Shown piece after piece: positions 1 to 14,559 of a stretch of 64,000 bases of DNA. How positions within the stretch are numbered: the stretch's first letter is position 1; every line of letters starts with the position of its first letter. The DNA lies in contig NC_042999.1 in NCBI RefSeq assembly GCF_006345805.1, forward strand, positions 52,328,001 through 52,392,000. Reading direction: 5' to 3'. A program made the position numbers and the translations under genes. Under the pieces are notes generated by a model. That model worked only from the letters and a program-made list of their open reading frames with translations, did no database searches and had not been told where the DNA came from. This DNA is from Octopus sinensis (taxonomy: Eukaryota).

Positions 1-400
1 TCGCGTGTTTGTGGAGTGCTCAGCCACTTGCACATTGATTTCACGAGCAAGCTGTTCTGTTGAGTGGATCAACTGGAACACGCGTCGTCGTAACCGACGG
101 AGACCCACTGCAGTTCATAAAGGCTGCTCGATATTCCACATGGAATATCTGTCTACTTAACGTCACTCTTTAATGTTACAACATATCCTCTGTGGCTTAT
201 CCATTTTTTTTTTATTTTGAATTAGAATGACATATTTAAACAGAAGAAATCTGGATGCGTTTCTCAATTGAAATCTCTCCCATCTAAATTGGTTGATAAA
301 CCCTTTATTGGTTTCATAAATAGCCACTGTTTATATAACTGCCAACCTTAAGCTAATCGATAAATCGTGTGTGTGAGTGTGTGTGTATACACACAAACAC

Positions 401-473
<73 letters not shown>

Positions 474-2065
474 TATATAATTGCACTTTGCTCCATCATC
501 TGACTCACAATATTTTCTCAGACATTCTATCGTTGCATGACGATTGCAATTGGATTTCTGATGTTTTGTGGTGTGACAATCGATTTTCTTGTTGTTTCGT
601 ATCTTTTTTTTTATTTTTGGTATTTTATTTGTCTTTTGTTGTCGAAGGATTAAAGGTAATTTATTCTATGAATATCAAATAGAACACAAGATTTCAAAGT
701 GACAATTTATTCAACGATTAGAAAGTAAAACAACAACCAAAACGGCCAAAACCATTATAGTTCTTCTAGGAAAGAATCGAATCTTAATTTTGTAAGAAGA
801 GAAAATAAGATCTTTTATATGTTTTAGCGATTTCTTTCTGTCCAGATGAACAGCGTTTCGCTTGCCTTAGATTGAGTCTTGCTTTTATACAGTCTCTGTT
901 GAATTAAAATCATCTTTGAATGTATGGGCTTGGGTGGGGTGGTAATTAGGTTTTAGTTCGGGTTGTTATGGAAAAGTGTTTTAGAAAATTAGGATTATGT
1001 TATTGTTTAGAATTTAACCATGCGTATAGAATATTTTCGAACAGCTAAACTTGTTAATAACTCACCAATTCCAATCCAACTACCTACACCATAAAGCATC
1101 CCCATTACATAAAAAATAAACACTATTGAAGCTTCACACTTTTACACTAAACAAGTACTCTAGAAATAAGCTAAAACTGCCCCTATCTCCAACTAAAATC
1201 ACCACAAAAGATTGCCTAATAGAACTACACAAACCTACATACACACACACACACGCATAAACCGTATACTTGTATACAAGCAAACTGAAAAAACTTTTCT
1301 TATGTCTTTTTTAAAAATATATTTTTGTTCCCATTTTTGTACAAGAATATATGCACACCTTCTATATCAATCCTACATAAACGTATATGTAGAATAGAAT
1401 TTTGAAGGAAACACTAAACAAACCCCACCTCCCTATATACTAACCAAATTATGAACCTACAACCTCAACTTTTTATGGATATCAAAGCACATGAGAAACA
1501 ATTTTCTAAACTAACAAGACCATGACATGTCTGAAAATAACCCCGACCTTAGAAATGGAAACAACAAATACTCTAAATCACAACAACAACAAGTAAATGA
1601 ACAACCCTCCTAAACTTACCCCTTACCTATACTATTTCGTGAAATAAAGCTGAAACATCTTAAATACTGAACTTTGTACCTTTGACCTTTACACTGATTA
1701 AATTCAATAATACAAAAACACTCTTCGTACCTATCAAGCAAACGAGAAACACCTACAGGCTTGTTTACAAAGTTCTACATTCATGAATAAATTCTAAGCA
1801 AGATACAAATTTAATCAAAGTCTTTTTTTTCTTTTTCCAAAATACCTTTCCATAACAACCGACCATAAAAACCCTAATTGCCATCCCTCTCAGACCCACA
1901 CATCCAAAGAAAATTTTTAACTCAACAGAGATTATAAAAAGGCAAGACTTCCCCTTCGTGTATAATATTAACACACACATATAATATATATAGTTATATA
2001 TATGTATGTACGTTTGTATGTATGTATGTATGTATGTATGTATGTATGTATGTATGTATATGTAC

Positions 2066-2117
<52 letters not shown>

Positions 2118-2377
2118 ATATACATACACTCACACGTGTATACCAATACTACTTATTTTAATTAATCTCCTTTAGCTCGACTTCAGCCGTAATTTGAAAG
2201 ATTTACAAGGACACGTCCCAATTTTGACGATCTTGTTTTGGCACCAATCAAGTATCTAGGGTTATATCAACCAGTCTGTCTGTCTTTCGCTTTGTCGATT
2301 GTAAGATTTTTGGGTATATTTGGCTCCTAATTTCAGCAGATATGACTTCTATATAAAGGCACCGCAAACATTGTACT

Positions 2378-2408
<31 letters not shown>

Positions 2409-4204
2409 GCGCGTGTGTGTGTGCATGTATGCGTGAGTAGAATGAATAGCAGTCGTATATGTAATCCGTGTGAACAGAGCAACGAAGGAGCTTTACTTAA
2501 TCGATCTTTTGTTTTCCAGTCCTGTCAAGAACTTAATTTCTGAAGACTTAATCAACACTTAATCGATGACTAGGTGTATCATTGAGCGGGTTAAAGTAGA
2601 CGAGAGGTAAATGAAATGATTGTTTTCATGTGGGATCGATCTCACGTTGATAAGTGAAAATGTTGATCTCAACTTTCTGCTATGCAGTCATCTATCGATT
2701 AATATTATTTATTGATATCAGATAACTACCTAAAAGGGCCAAGAAACAACCTCTACATATTATCCAGACTGCAGTCAGCTATAATCATTACTGATCAACA
2801 CGATCGATGAAAGCTTTGTTGTCTTTTCATCAGCCTAAACACGGGTAAGATCTTGTAACAATGTAAAAACAAGCAATTTCAAGCAGATACCTTAATGAGT
2901 TTATAATTAACATTTCATTTGTCAATTTTACTATTGAATGTTGAATGACACCGCTAGAATAAACTGCCGTTCAAACCGAAAAGATCCGGTAGGTTGTAAT
3001 GAATGTAATCTAATAACAATATGTCTTAATAGAATTTCAAAAAATCTTTTCGCTGAATGGAGTCATCAAATCACGGAAGGCATTCATATAAGCTTTGGAT
3101 ATTCGGTCAAGCAGCAAGTAAATAATAACAAACTTGATTATAAAACATTTTAATGACCAATTAAAACATTCTAATTCAGAAGAAGGACTTTGTTGATGTA
3201 GGATATCTTTTGATTAAATCATTTTCTGTGTGCGTCAAGGGAAATGCAAAGCGAAACTCCGAACCCCAAACCCCATTCAGGTGACGCCTGAATGGCTTTT
3301 CGTGGGGGTTTACGATTGAGTCACAGAAGGAAGGGCATCATCCATGTCTGAAGAGAATGGTAGAAATAAGAGAGGTAGCTATCGTCACGCAAGAGACCTG
3401 ATCTGGGTGTTCGTAACACTAGCCTCCTTAATGTACATTCAAGTGTTGGGGATGATGCCAAACCACGCAAGATTTACATATAAACAGTCAGCAACGGTTT
3501 GCAGTAGAAGAGAGAAAAATAAACTTCCTATCTCGTTTCGATATATTACATAATGAGGTTACGCCGCAGGTGAAAATGGTAGCTTCATTACCTAATGTAT
3601 TACGGTAGGTGGGGGCTGTGTGCTGATTTTGCTTCAGTTATTATCACGCTTCGAAGCGTTTTTTAGTTTATAAAATGTGGGAGGGTTTGTGCCGTACGTT
3701 ATACAATCACTCTGATAGGTCACTTTACTATTTCCAACTTCTTTCTACATTTCACTCGAAAGTATCCACTTATCCTGCGGGCTGTGACATGAGATACTCA
3801 GCAACGTTGTTAAATATGGAGTAAATAATATAATCTTTACACATTTGAGACATGTAGAACTTAAGGAAAATGGAAAAAAATAATACAATGAAAACATTTT
3901 ACATCTACCAAAATTACAAAATGCATCACAGATTTTATATTTTATGCCTACCAAAGAATAATGTTGCGTGAACTAAAACAATTATTATCTTCATTTTTAA
4001 AAACTATTTTCATAATTGTGTGATATATCTCAGCGTGTCAGTGCCGTGTGTATCCTAATCAACAGATAATGCTGGGTGTATTAACAGTACTGATGACCCT
4101 AGGGTCAACATAAGTTGTACAAAGAGATATATGTCAACGTGTATGCATATATATATATATAAACATACAGATATGTATATGTGTATATGTAAATATGTAT
4201 GTTT

Positions 4205-4243
<39 letters not shown>

Positions 4244-4574
4244 TTCAGATATAAAGATGTAGATACATACGTACATGTGTGTGTGTGTGCGCGCGCTTAG
4301 ATAATAACTTTTAGATTTGGGTCAAGAGAAACATAAAGACGGATTGGTAAACCTTGAACTTCAGACTGCTATCTACACAAACTGCATTGACATACAATAA
4401 TAAATGTCATAAGTAACAAAATCTTTATTCACTGATATTTTACCCGAAATCCGTGAATAAAAGCACTGGATAACGTCTCTTGCGTTTCTTGTAACTGCGG
4501 AAATATTTACAAATGTCTAAATTTTGGATTAATCATTAGGCTGAGACATGCTTTTAACTGAGATCAAGTGTGAG

Positions 4575-4629
<55 letters not shown>

Positions 4630-5278
4630 GTTAATCAGATATATTCAATGAGAATACAATATACTGAATTTAGTTCTCTTGGCAGGGAAATGTCTAAAAC
4701 CTTAAATGTATTTAGCAATTTATTAAGAGCGATTATTTATCATAATGTAAACGGCTATTTTTACATTTGCATAAAATATAACAATGATATCTTCCAGTTT
4801 TGTATATACAACTATAAAACCAAAAGTTTACATTTATTTTCTGCATTTATGGATCAAACATTGAAGAGAATGGAATAATGCGATTTATATTTACACACAC
4901 CCATTATGGTATACTGCTGAGGATTTTACCACGGATGTATATTATTTCTTCAAAATTTTTAGCACAAGATTGTACCAACATACACTTATGCCAATAACTT
5001 TTTTAAACATCTTTTTCATATATTTTAAAATAACATTCGATTAACTACACAGAGATACGCCCTTTTTCTCCAACGAGTGGATGTATTAACTAATAAAGTT
5101 TAAAAAATTTAGATTTCATTTCAAAGTGTAATACATTCATGAAACGATCGTAAGATATTTAAATTTTTTAAAATAATCATACTTTATATATTTATGTATC
5201 TATGTGTTTATACAATATTATTTTGGACGTATGTCTTCTGTGATAATTCTTTGATGTGATTTTCCTGCTCTTACTTTA

Positions 5279-5344
<66 letters not shown>

Positions 5345-6290
5345 TCACCATGATTGATCGCTAGCCACTAAACCTTTTTCTTTTCATTTTCTCTTCCTGT
5401 TTATCTCTATGATCTTTTTTGTTGAAGAGCGTAAGCTCGAAACCTAAAAGACGTTCTTACTTCCTTATTATATAAAATCTTACTTCCCAGTTCTGTCTGT
5501 CTCTGTGTGTGTCTTCTAGGATCTCGTGCATCCTCCATCCGATTGCGCTCAAATTTGATATGTAGACACCGACGATATCAGGGCGTGTATAAGTCTTGGA
5601 AAACTCATAAAAATCGATTCCGGCTGAGAATGCTATCGTTAAAGCCGTGGGAACATGCATTTGTACACGCAAGTACATCAGCTGTTGCGATCGATATGAG
5701 TACGCAAGAAAAATGCACGCTGATTTCCTACATGTTTTATCGGATAAACTTATTATTGTTCCAGGTACCTTCTCATAAATTCATTTTGATTTTCCATCTA
5801 GATTTACCTGCAACTAACCCATTTGCATGCATCGTTTTTGTCCTGCTTTTCTTCCCTCAACCTGTACATAACTGCACCTTCCATTTTTTGTTGTTTTTCT
5901 ACTGCTTAAAGGCAAGTTTCTCTCCTGCCAAGCTTACTGTTTAAACCATGTTTGTGTTCTCCCAGTCAACAGCCTTATCATTACTGGTACGTTAAACTCT
6001 TCGGTTGCATATTTGTGTGAATAAAATCGTTTTTCTTTGGAATTGAAAAAAGTCTATCTTTATTTCTTCTTTTGCTGGAGTCTCAAATTTAGTTAAATCA
6101 GTGTTTCTCAAAGGAGAGGCCTATGGGACGGTTGGACAAGTTGTTTTGAGAAAATTTGGTTTAAATGTTTGACAACTCAGCACCGGCCATTCGATGGGGG
6201 CGTTTTGCTCGTATATATATATATATATATATACATCATATACATGTATATGCATATATATATATATATGTATATATATTTATATATCTA

Positions 6291-6349
<59 letters not shown>

Positions 6350-6358
6350 ATGCATATG

Positions 6359-6456
<98 letters not shown>

Positions 6457-6463
6457 ATCACCA

Positions 6464-6730
6464 GAGGCCGACCCAAAGCTTTGTGAATGGATTTCGTACA
6501 CGGAAACTTGAAGAAGGCAATCGTATATTTGGGTGTATGCGTGTGTGTGTGTGTGAGTTTGTGCTTGACAACCGATGTTGCTGTGTTTACGTTCCCATAA
6601 CTTAGCAGTTCGATAAAAATCACTGATGGAATCAGTACTAGGTTTACATAGAATAAATCCTGGGGTCAATGTGTTCGACCAAAGTCAGTGCCCCAGCATG
6701 GCCGCAGCCAAATGACTGAAACAAGTGAGA
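6464..6730 (+). mobile_element. SINE family 1, 5'-truncated copy
   Basis: GGCCGACCCAAAGCTTTGTGAATGGATTT...GCTTGACAACCGATG...CCAGCATGGCCGCAG shared with the 59500 copy. Confidence 0.8.
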
Positions 6731-6784
6731 CAATTGAAATCTATGACATGTTAGTCCCAAGTAACACCGGGTATCTCTGTTAGT

Positions 6785-6827
<43 letters not shown>

Positions 6828-6873
6828 AAAATCAATAAATAGTGGGGTTGTGTTGACCACACGTGGAGAAATG

Positions 6874-7176
6874 ATAGGCAACGAAAAATTATAAAAAGGC
6901 AGAATGCTAAATTTAAGGAAAATTTTAATGAAAATGGGTGTATGGAAAATTTTGAAAAATTAATAAAATATCAAGAATTGTAAGGTGAAACACTCCTCAA
7001 ACACCCAAAAAATTTTTTTCTTTACACCTTACAATTCTTGAAAAGTCACATTGTTACGAAAACCGTTTTGAAGTAATATATATATATTTTATTAATTTTT
7101 CAAAATTTTCCATACACCCATTTTCATTAAAATTTTCCTTAAATTTAGCATTCTGCCTTTTTATAATTTTTCCTTG

Positions 7177-7181
<5 letters not shown>
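6874..7181. repeat. Near-perfect inverted repeat
   Basis: 6874-6971 is the reverse complement of 7084-7181; an inner pair is 6971-6987 versus 7025-7041. Confidence 0.92.
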
Positions 7182-7266
<85 letters not shown>

Positions 7267-7393
7267 CAGGTAAGGTAGATAAGTTCAGTAAATTTTAGAT
7301 TCAAATGAATATGGTATTTAAGTTAAAGGCACCAGAATTTAGTATGGTATTATCCATATAATTCAAAATGTGGTGATTTTATATATATATAGG

Positions 7394-7976
<583 letters not shown>

Positions 7977-8599
7977 TAGATAGATAGATAGATAGATATA
8001 GGTAGAATATAGGTAGAAGTTTGAAAAGTTATTTGAAAAATTATTTAAGCATTCTCGACCTTGTCTTATTTTCATTATATATATATATATAATAACAAAT
8101 AAATAAATAAAACATATGCATATATACATACATATATGTACATACCTACATCTATATGTATATAATAATGCATATATGACTACAGGACACCACAAATAGA
8201 CGTAGAACACATCGAGAAGCGAAAACGTAAAATCAAACAAGGAAACGGACTATTTTTTAACAACGAAAAAACAGAGTACAGGACAAACAATACAAGGAAA
8301 ATTCCCCTTCATCAGCTGCCCCTGTTTCGACTCAATGCGTGTTTCGAAGGTAAGGGAAGAACACGATCCGGCCGAACGTTTCCTTGTTTGATTTTATGTT
8401 TTCGCTTCTCGTTGTGTTCTACGTTTATTTGTGGTGTCCTGTACTCATATATGCATGTATATATATATATACATATAGATGTAGGTATGTACATATATGT
8501 ATGTATATATGCATATGTTTTATTAATTAAATTGTTATTATATGACTGAACGTCACGCGTTGTTTTCTCTTCTCCAAGTAAGTTTTTATTTGAATATAT

Positions 8600-8640
<41 letters not shown>

Positions 8641-8755
8641 AACAGCAGGTTGCAATGTTTTCACCAAAAGGAGAATTTATAATTGTTACTAAATGTGACT
8701 AGGGTGTTAAGAAACACCCACATTGCTAGAAATAAGAAATAAAATGCTCTTATTC

Positions 8756-8843
<88 letters not shown>

Positions 8844-9958
8844 TGTGTGTGTGTGTGTTGTGTGGGTGTGTAAATATATATATATATATATGTATATGTA
8901 AAAATGTAAATATATGTATATATAAATACACGCGCGCGCGCACATATGCATGCACCCTACCTCCACTCTTTTAGCGGCAGCTATCAAAAGAAAGAGTACT
9001 CGAGTCATAGATTACCTGAAGGTCCTGTGTATCTAGAAAAGAACTCAGAATATATCTATTTGACCAATATGTGTGTATGTATGTATGTATGTATGTATGT
9101 ATGTATGTATGTATGTATATACGTACGTATGTATGTATGTTTGTATGTATCTATGTGTGTGTATGTATTTATGTGTTGTGTATGTATTTATGTGTGTGTA
9201 TGTATTTATGTGTGTGAGTGTGCGTGTATGTCTTTGTATGCTTATAATTTAGGAAATGATTTTCGAGTCATTCTTATGTCTTTTGACAACGAGAGACGTT
9301 CACGCCTGGAATGTCTTTGATTCTGTTTAATAAAGTTTGGGCTGGAACAAACGAATAGTAACAAATCCAACAGCACCCATCATAGCTACATCGCTTCGGT
9401 ACCGTAACACAAGACAAATAAATTATGGTGTAGAATCAAGAAGCAATCGAAGCAAATTATATTAAAAAGAAACAAGAAGACAGAGATTAAAATATGAACT
9501 TATAATGGGTAGATGCGGTCGTGTAACTCTAAATAGAGGATGGTTGACTTTTGACAAACTACTGAGATGTGGAGCCAATAAAGAAACACTTACCGAAATG
9601 TTGTGAAATTTCCTGTTGCTATGGTGAATGACAGCGGTAGAATATGTGTTGTGTAGCCTTGGAGCGGGTATGTCTGTAGAAAAAGATTTAGATCTGCTCG
9701 AAGAGGTGTTTCAATGGAAATTTGTTCAATGAAAATCTGATGACGGCAGGTGTTGTCTGGTAAGAAATACACTTATTAAGTGATGTTGTGTTGCACGTAT
9801 TTTAGTAGCAGCAGACAGGACGATAACATCGAGAAAGAGGCTGTTTGTTGCGATGGGGAGAGAGAGAAAGAGAGAAGGTGGACTTGGGAAGCTGTGTTCA
9901 GGCTGATGTAAGACTATCAATAAATTCTTGACGTATACATTTAATCAGCGAGTGTTCC

Positions 9959-10001
<43 letters not shown>

Positions 10002-10651
10002 ACACACACACACACACTTATCTTCGTAAACTACTACGTGTGCGTTTGTGCGTGTAGAGCTATTTGTAAAAGTATTCAGCATGTAGACAGTCTCGCCGAG
10101 GCATAAATCGATATCAAGGGAACACTCAGTTTCGATGATAGAAACACGAGATGACACGTGAGTGATGACACAGGTGTTGTTTAGGGACTAGGCGGGGAAA
10201 TACTGCAGTGACACTCATTGTGCGTATGTATGTATAAAAATCTTGTGTCACGACAACGAATTAGGCTCCGTAGATGGGACGAATCAAGCTACTATTAAAT
10301 AAATATATAAGGAACTTATAGCGAAGCTATTAAGTGTTAGAATCTTCTGTTTGTGTTTCTCCACTGACTCGTATGTGCGTGTGTGTCTGTGTGTATACAG
10401 GGGGAAACAAAAGTGGTGGTGTTGGGGGGGGCACAGTAAATAATAACATTTACTTTGAAATTACATATAAATAATACAATTAAATTTTGGTAAACAATTA
10501 TTACATATACAATTAAATTTTATTGTATGCAATAATACAATATAAAAGCACTGAAAATTTTATCAAAACCTATTCAACCTACTGTCTACTTACTTTTGGT
10601 TCGCCCTGTACATATATAAATATATATATATACATACACACACATACACAC

Positions 10652-10695
<44 letters not shown>

Positions 10696-10812
10696 ACACA
10701 CACACACACACACATATATATTATATATATATATATTAAAAACTTCGAATGACCCGTGCGTGTTTTTTGTATCGTTTATCTGGATTTTTTGCGGCGTTCA
10801 TGTCCCATTTTG

Positions 10813-10864
<52 letters not shown>

Positions 10865-11362
10865 GGTGTGGGTGTGTGTGTGTGAGTGTGTGTGTGTATG
10901 TATATGTATGTATGTATGTATATATGTATGTATGCATGTATGTATTTATATATGCGTGCACGTACAATCAGTGTAACCTGTTTATTGTGCAAGCTTTGGG
11001 ACGCAGCCTTTTCACAAGTACTGGCTGATAACTTGAAGCAAATAAGGTGTGGGTGATTCCTTTCATTTGATAACATTATCCCGATTATAATAAGTGGCTT
11101 CTCCTTTGTGTGCGAATATACATACATACACATACATACATACAAACATACATGCATACACGCATGAATACACACACATGCCCACACATGCTGAGAGAGA
11201 TAGAGAGAAAGAGAGAGCAAAAAGTAGGGTATGAAGAACATTAAGTGGCGTGGAAAAGGTGGGTAGGAGAAGGCAGCAATAAAAATGGAGCGGAAAAAGC
11301 AGTAGAGTCGGTTGTTATGTCTTTGAATCAGATGTTCCGATTGTGCGCGTGTGTGTTCTTTG

Positions 11363-11369
11363 AATAATA

Positions 11370-11422
<53 letters not shown>

Positions 11423-11444
11423 GTAGTAGTATAGTAGTAGTATA

Positions 11445-11533
<89 letters not shown>

Positions 11534-11570
11534 TAATAATAATAATAGTAGTAGTAGTAGTAGTATAATA

Positions 11571-11601
<31 letters not shown>

Positions 11602-11646
11602 AATCAAAATAATGTAATAGTAAATAATAATAATACTAATACTATA

Positions 11647-11683
<37 letters not shown>

Positions 11684-12025
11684 TAATAATAATAATAATA
11701 ATAATGATAATAGTAATAATAAATATAAAATAATAATGATAATAATACTAATGTGATAATAATCTAATAATCAGTTAGTAATAATAATAATACAATAATA
11801 ATAATAGTAATAATAATAATAATATAATATTAATAATAATGAATAATCAAATAATAGTAATAGTAATAATAATAATACTAATAATAATAATAGTAATACT
11901 TAATAATAATAATAATAATAATAATGATAATAGTAATAATAAATATAATAATAATAATGATAATAATAATAATGATAATAATCATAATAATAGTAATAGT
12001 AATAATAATAATACTAATAATAATA

Positions 12026-12056
<31 letters not shown>

Positions 12057-12159
12057 AATAATAATGATAATAGTAATAATAAATATAATAATAATAATGA
12101 CGATAATAGTAATAATAATAATAATAATAGTAATAGTAATAATAATAATGATAGTAGTA

Positions 12160-12228
<69 letters not shown>

Positions 12229-12267
12229 GTAATAATAATAATAATAATAGTAGTAATAATAATAATA
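11363..12267. repeat. ~900-bp imperfect (AAT)n/(AGT)n microsatellite
   Basis: Directly visible; it produces the poly-I/N/Y artefact ORFs. Confidence 0.98.
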
Positions 12268-12467
12268 GGAGGAGGAGGAGGAGGGGTAGGGAGGAAGGGA
12301 GGGGCGAGAATAGGAAGGGGGGAAATACTTGTTTACTTATTCTTTTTACGTCCTACGTATACCAAATGAGATAATACACCTAATGACATAAGATAAGCTT
12401 AAGTTAGAACATGAGAAATGAAATAGAAATATAAACAGCAGCAGTAGCAGCAGCAGCAGTAGCAGTG

Positions 12468-12510
<43 letters not shown>

Positions 12511-13621
12511 ACGATATTAATCGTTGACTTAATTCTTCGAAGTAAAAGATGATAGTTTTTGAGAAGAGAGTTTAGTGATTGTGGTGCGTGTGCGATGACT
12601 GGTGTGTCCAGTAACAGGAACCCGATCTACTCAGAGTGAAAACGGATCAATCGGAAAAGAAGAGAGGCATTCAACAGAAGAATTCGTCTTTTATTCTCAC
12701 TCTTGGTCTCCGAATCTTCTCGCTGAGATTATTCATCAAAAAGGCCTACTCATTAATGAATGAAGATGCGCAAGTTTGCTTCGTCATAGGAGAAATCTTC
12801 TCATTGTTGACACTAATGTTGTAGTTTTTTCAGTTTATTCTTTGAAGGGTGTCCATCAAGACATCACTGAATTGCTTCAAGTGTCTCCTTGATTTTCATG
12901 GTTTCTTTCTCATTTGTACGCAGACAATATGCTTTGCAAGTCGTTTACCATCCATTGGAGTCATAGGTTCTACCCACTGAAGGTAGTTCTTGGTGATGGT
13001 GCCTTTGAAACTGGAGGTTCTTGTTTCTTTGAGGGAAGAAAAGAAAACTACACTCTCTACTAGAAAGGGTAATTCTCTAGGAAATCCTGGACCCAGCAGT
13101 TGCATGTGCTTTCGATCTTCTTTCGAAGAGGTTTGAGCATTTTTTCTCTCGTTGTCACTGAACGAATGATGAGCAAAAGCCTTCACCATATCGGAAACAA
13201 ACACATCTCTGTGGTGGAACACTCATGTTCCAAGCCTTAATGCTGATGGTAATGATTCTGGTCATAATATCATCAACAACATTAGAACAACTAAAACACA
13301 ATAACATAAAGGGGAAACAGGAATCGTAACAGCAACAACAACAATAGTAAACGACAGCTGTAGCAAAAATAAAAAAAACAAACAAACAAAAAAAAAGTAA
13401 TAAAAACATGAACATCAACAAGAACAAGCATAGCTATCCCAACAGCAAGAAAAGCTATAGCCGATAACATGTCCACAACATGGTCGCATAATCTAAGAAT
13501 AGCTGAAAAGAAATTTCAAAAACACATTAAAAGCCCACCTTCTGCTGAACCAAACTCATTTATAAACTTTACTTTAAAGACCTACAGTATTTATAATATT
13601 TGTCATATTTTATACTCTTAC

Positions 13622-13854
13622 TCTTTTACTCTTTTACTTGTTTCAGTCATTTGACCGCGGCAATGCTGGAGCACCACCTTTAGTCAAGCAAATCGACCCC
13701 AGGTCTTATTCTTTGTAAGCATGGTACACTGACAAGGCTTTGGTCGGCCCGAGGCTATAGTAGAAGACACTTGCCCAAGGTGCCGCGCAGTGGGACTGAA
13801 CCCGGAACCATGTCGTTGGTAAGCAAGCTACTTACCACACAGCCACTCCTGCGC
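13622..13854 (-). mobile_element. SINE family 1, internally deleted copy
   Basis: The reverse complement matches the head and tail of 59500-59969. Confidence 0.85.
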
Positions 13855-14559
13855 ATATATTTACAGACTTTTAAATAAATTTACTTTTTACATGCGTTTT
13901 TGACCGCCTTGCATGCATGCAAAGGATGTTTTTTTTTTATAATCATTGATCTATCTATTTTTTTTTATTTCTTAACCTCCCACCAAGCTGCCGAAGGGGT
14001 TTGTCAGATGTTTTATGCAATTTCTGAAGAAAATTATTTTTTCGAATTTTTAATTATTGTAGTCGTGAAACAGTGTTCGGTGTAAATTGAATTAATAAAT
14101 TTGCTTATTTATTTATTTATTTATTCTAGGGTCGATGCTTGATTATGAATAACCCAACTATGTAGCATTGTGTTACTATAAAGAGAGCATTTGATGAAGA
14201 CGATGTCACTGATCTGTGTTATGCCATTTACAAAGTTTTCGCTGTTGCAGTCCAATCGGTTGTAAAGAGGTTTCATGATATCCTCTGTTCAGCCGACATT
14301 AAATATGTGACATGAAATGACAGAGAACGCTGCTGGACATCACTGTTTCACCTGAAGTCAGCTTTGATCTTGGTGACACCTAATTAAAGGCCTTCCATCT
14401 GTTATAATGCTATCTTTCATTCAGATTCAGGACATCTAGATTTACATTTATTGAATTTAGAATTTCATGGTAGTTTTAAAAGTAGAATGGAATTTCAGTC
14501 AGATTTGAATGTTATTATTCATTTCAAGTGGCACAAAGCCAGCAAATACGGGAGAGGGA

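Noticed and set aside
875-1950. Diverged inverted pair 875-1035 and 1770-1950
   Set aside because: Probably old Penelope-type repeat debris, too degraded to assign a family or ribozyme.
8295-8385. Minus-strand CCTTCGAAAC…GTC…CTGATGAAGGGG (relative at 47700-47790) as a permuted hammerhead
   Set aside because: The core words are present, but I cannot form a stem I, so the topology is unsupported.
9540-10260. Possible promoter or first exon (CAGGTG boxes, GTAAGA donor-like site at ~9759, TATAAAA at ~10233)
   Set aside because: These short motifs are expected by chance and there is no linked gene.
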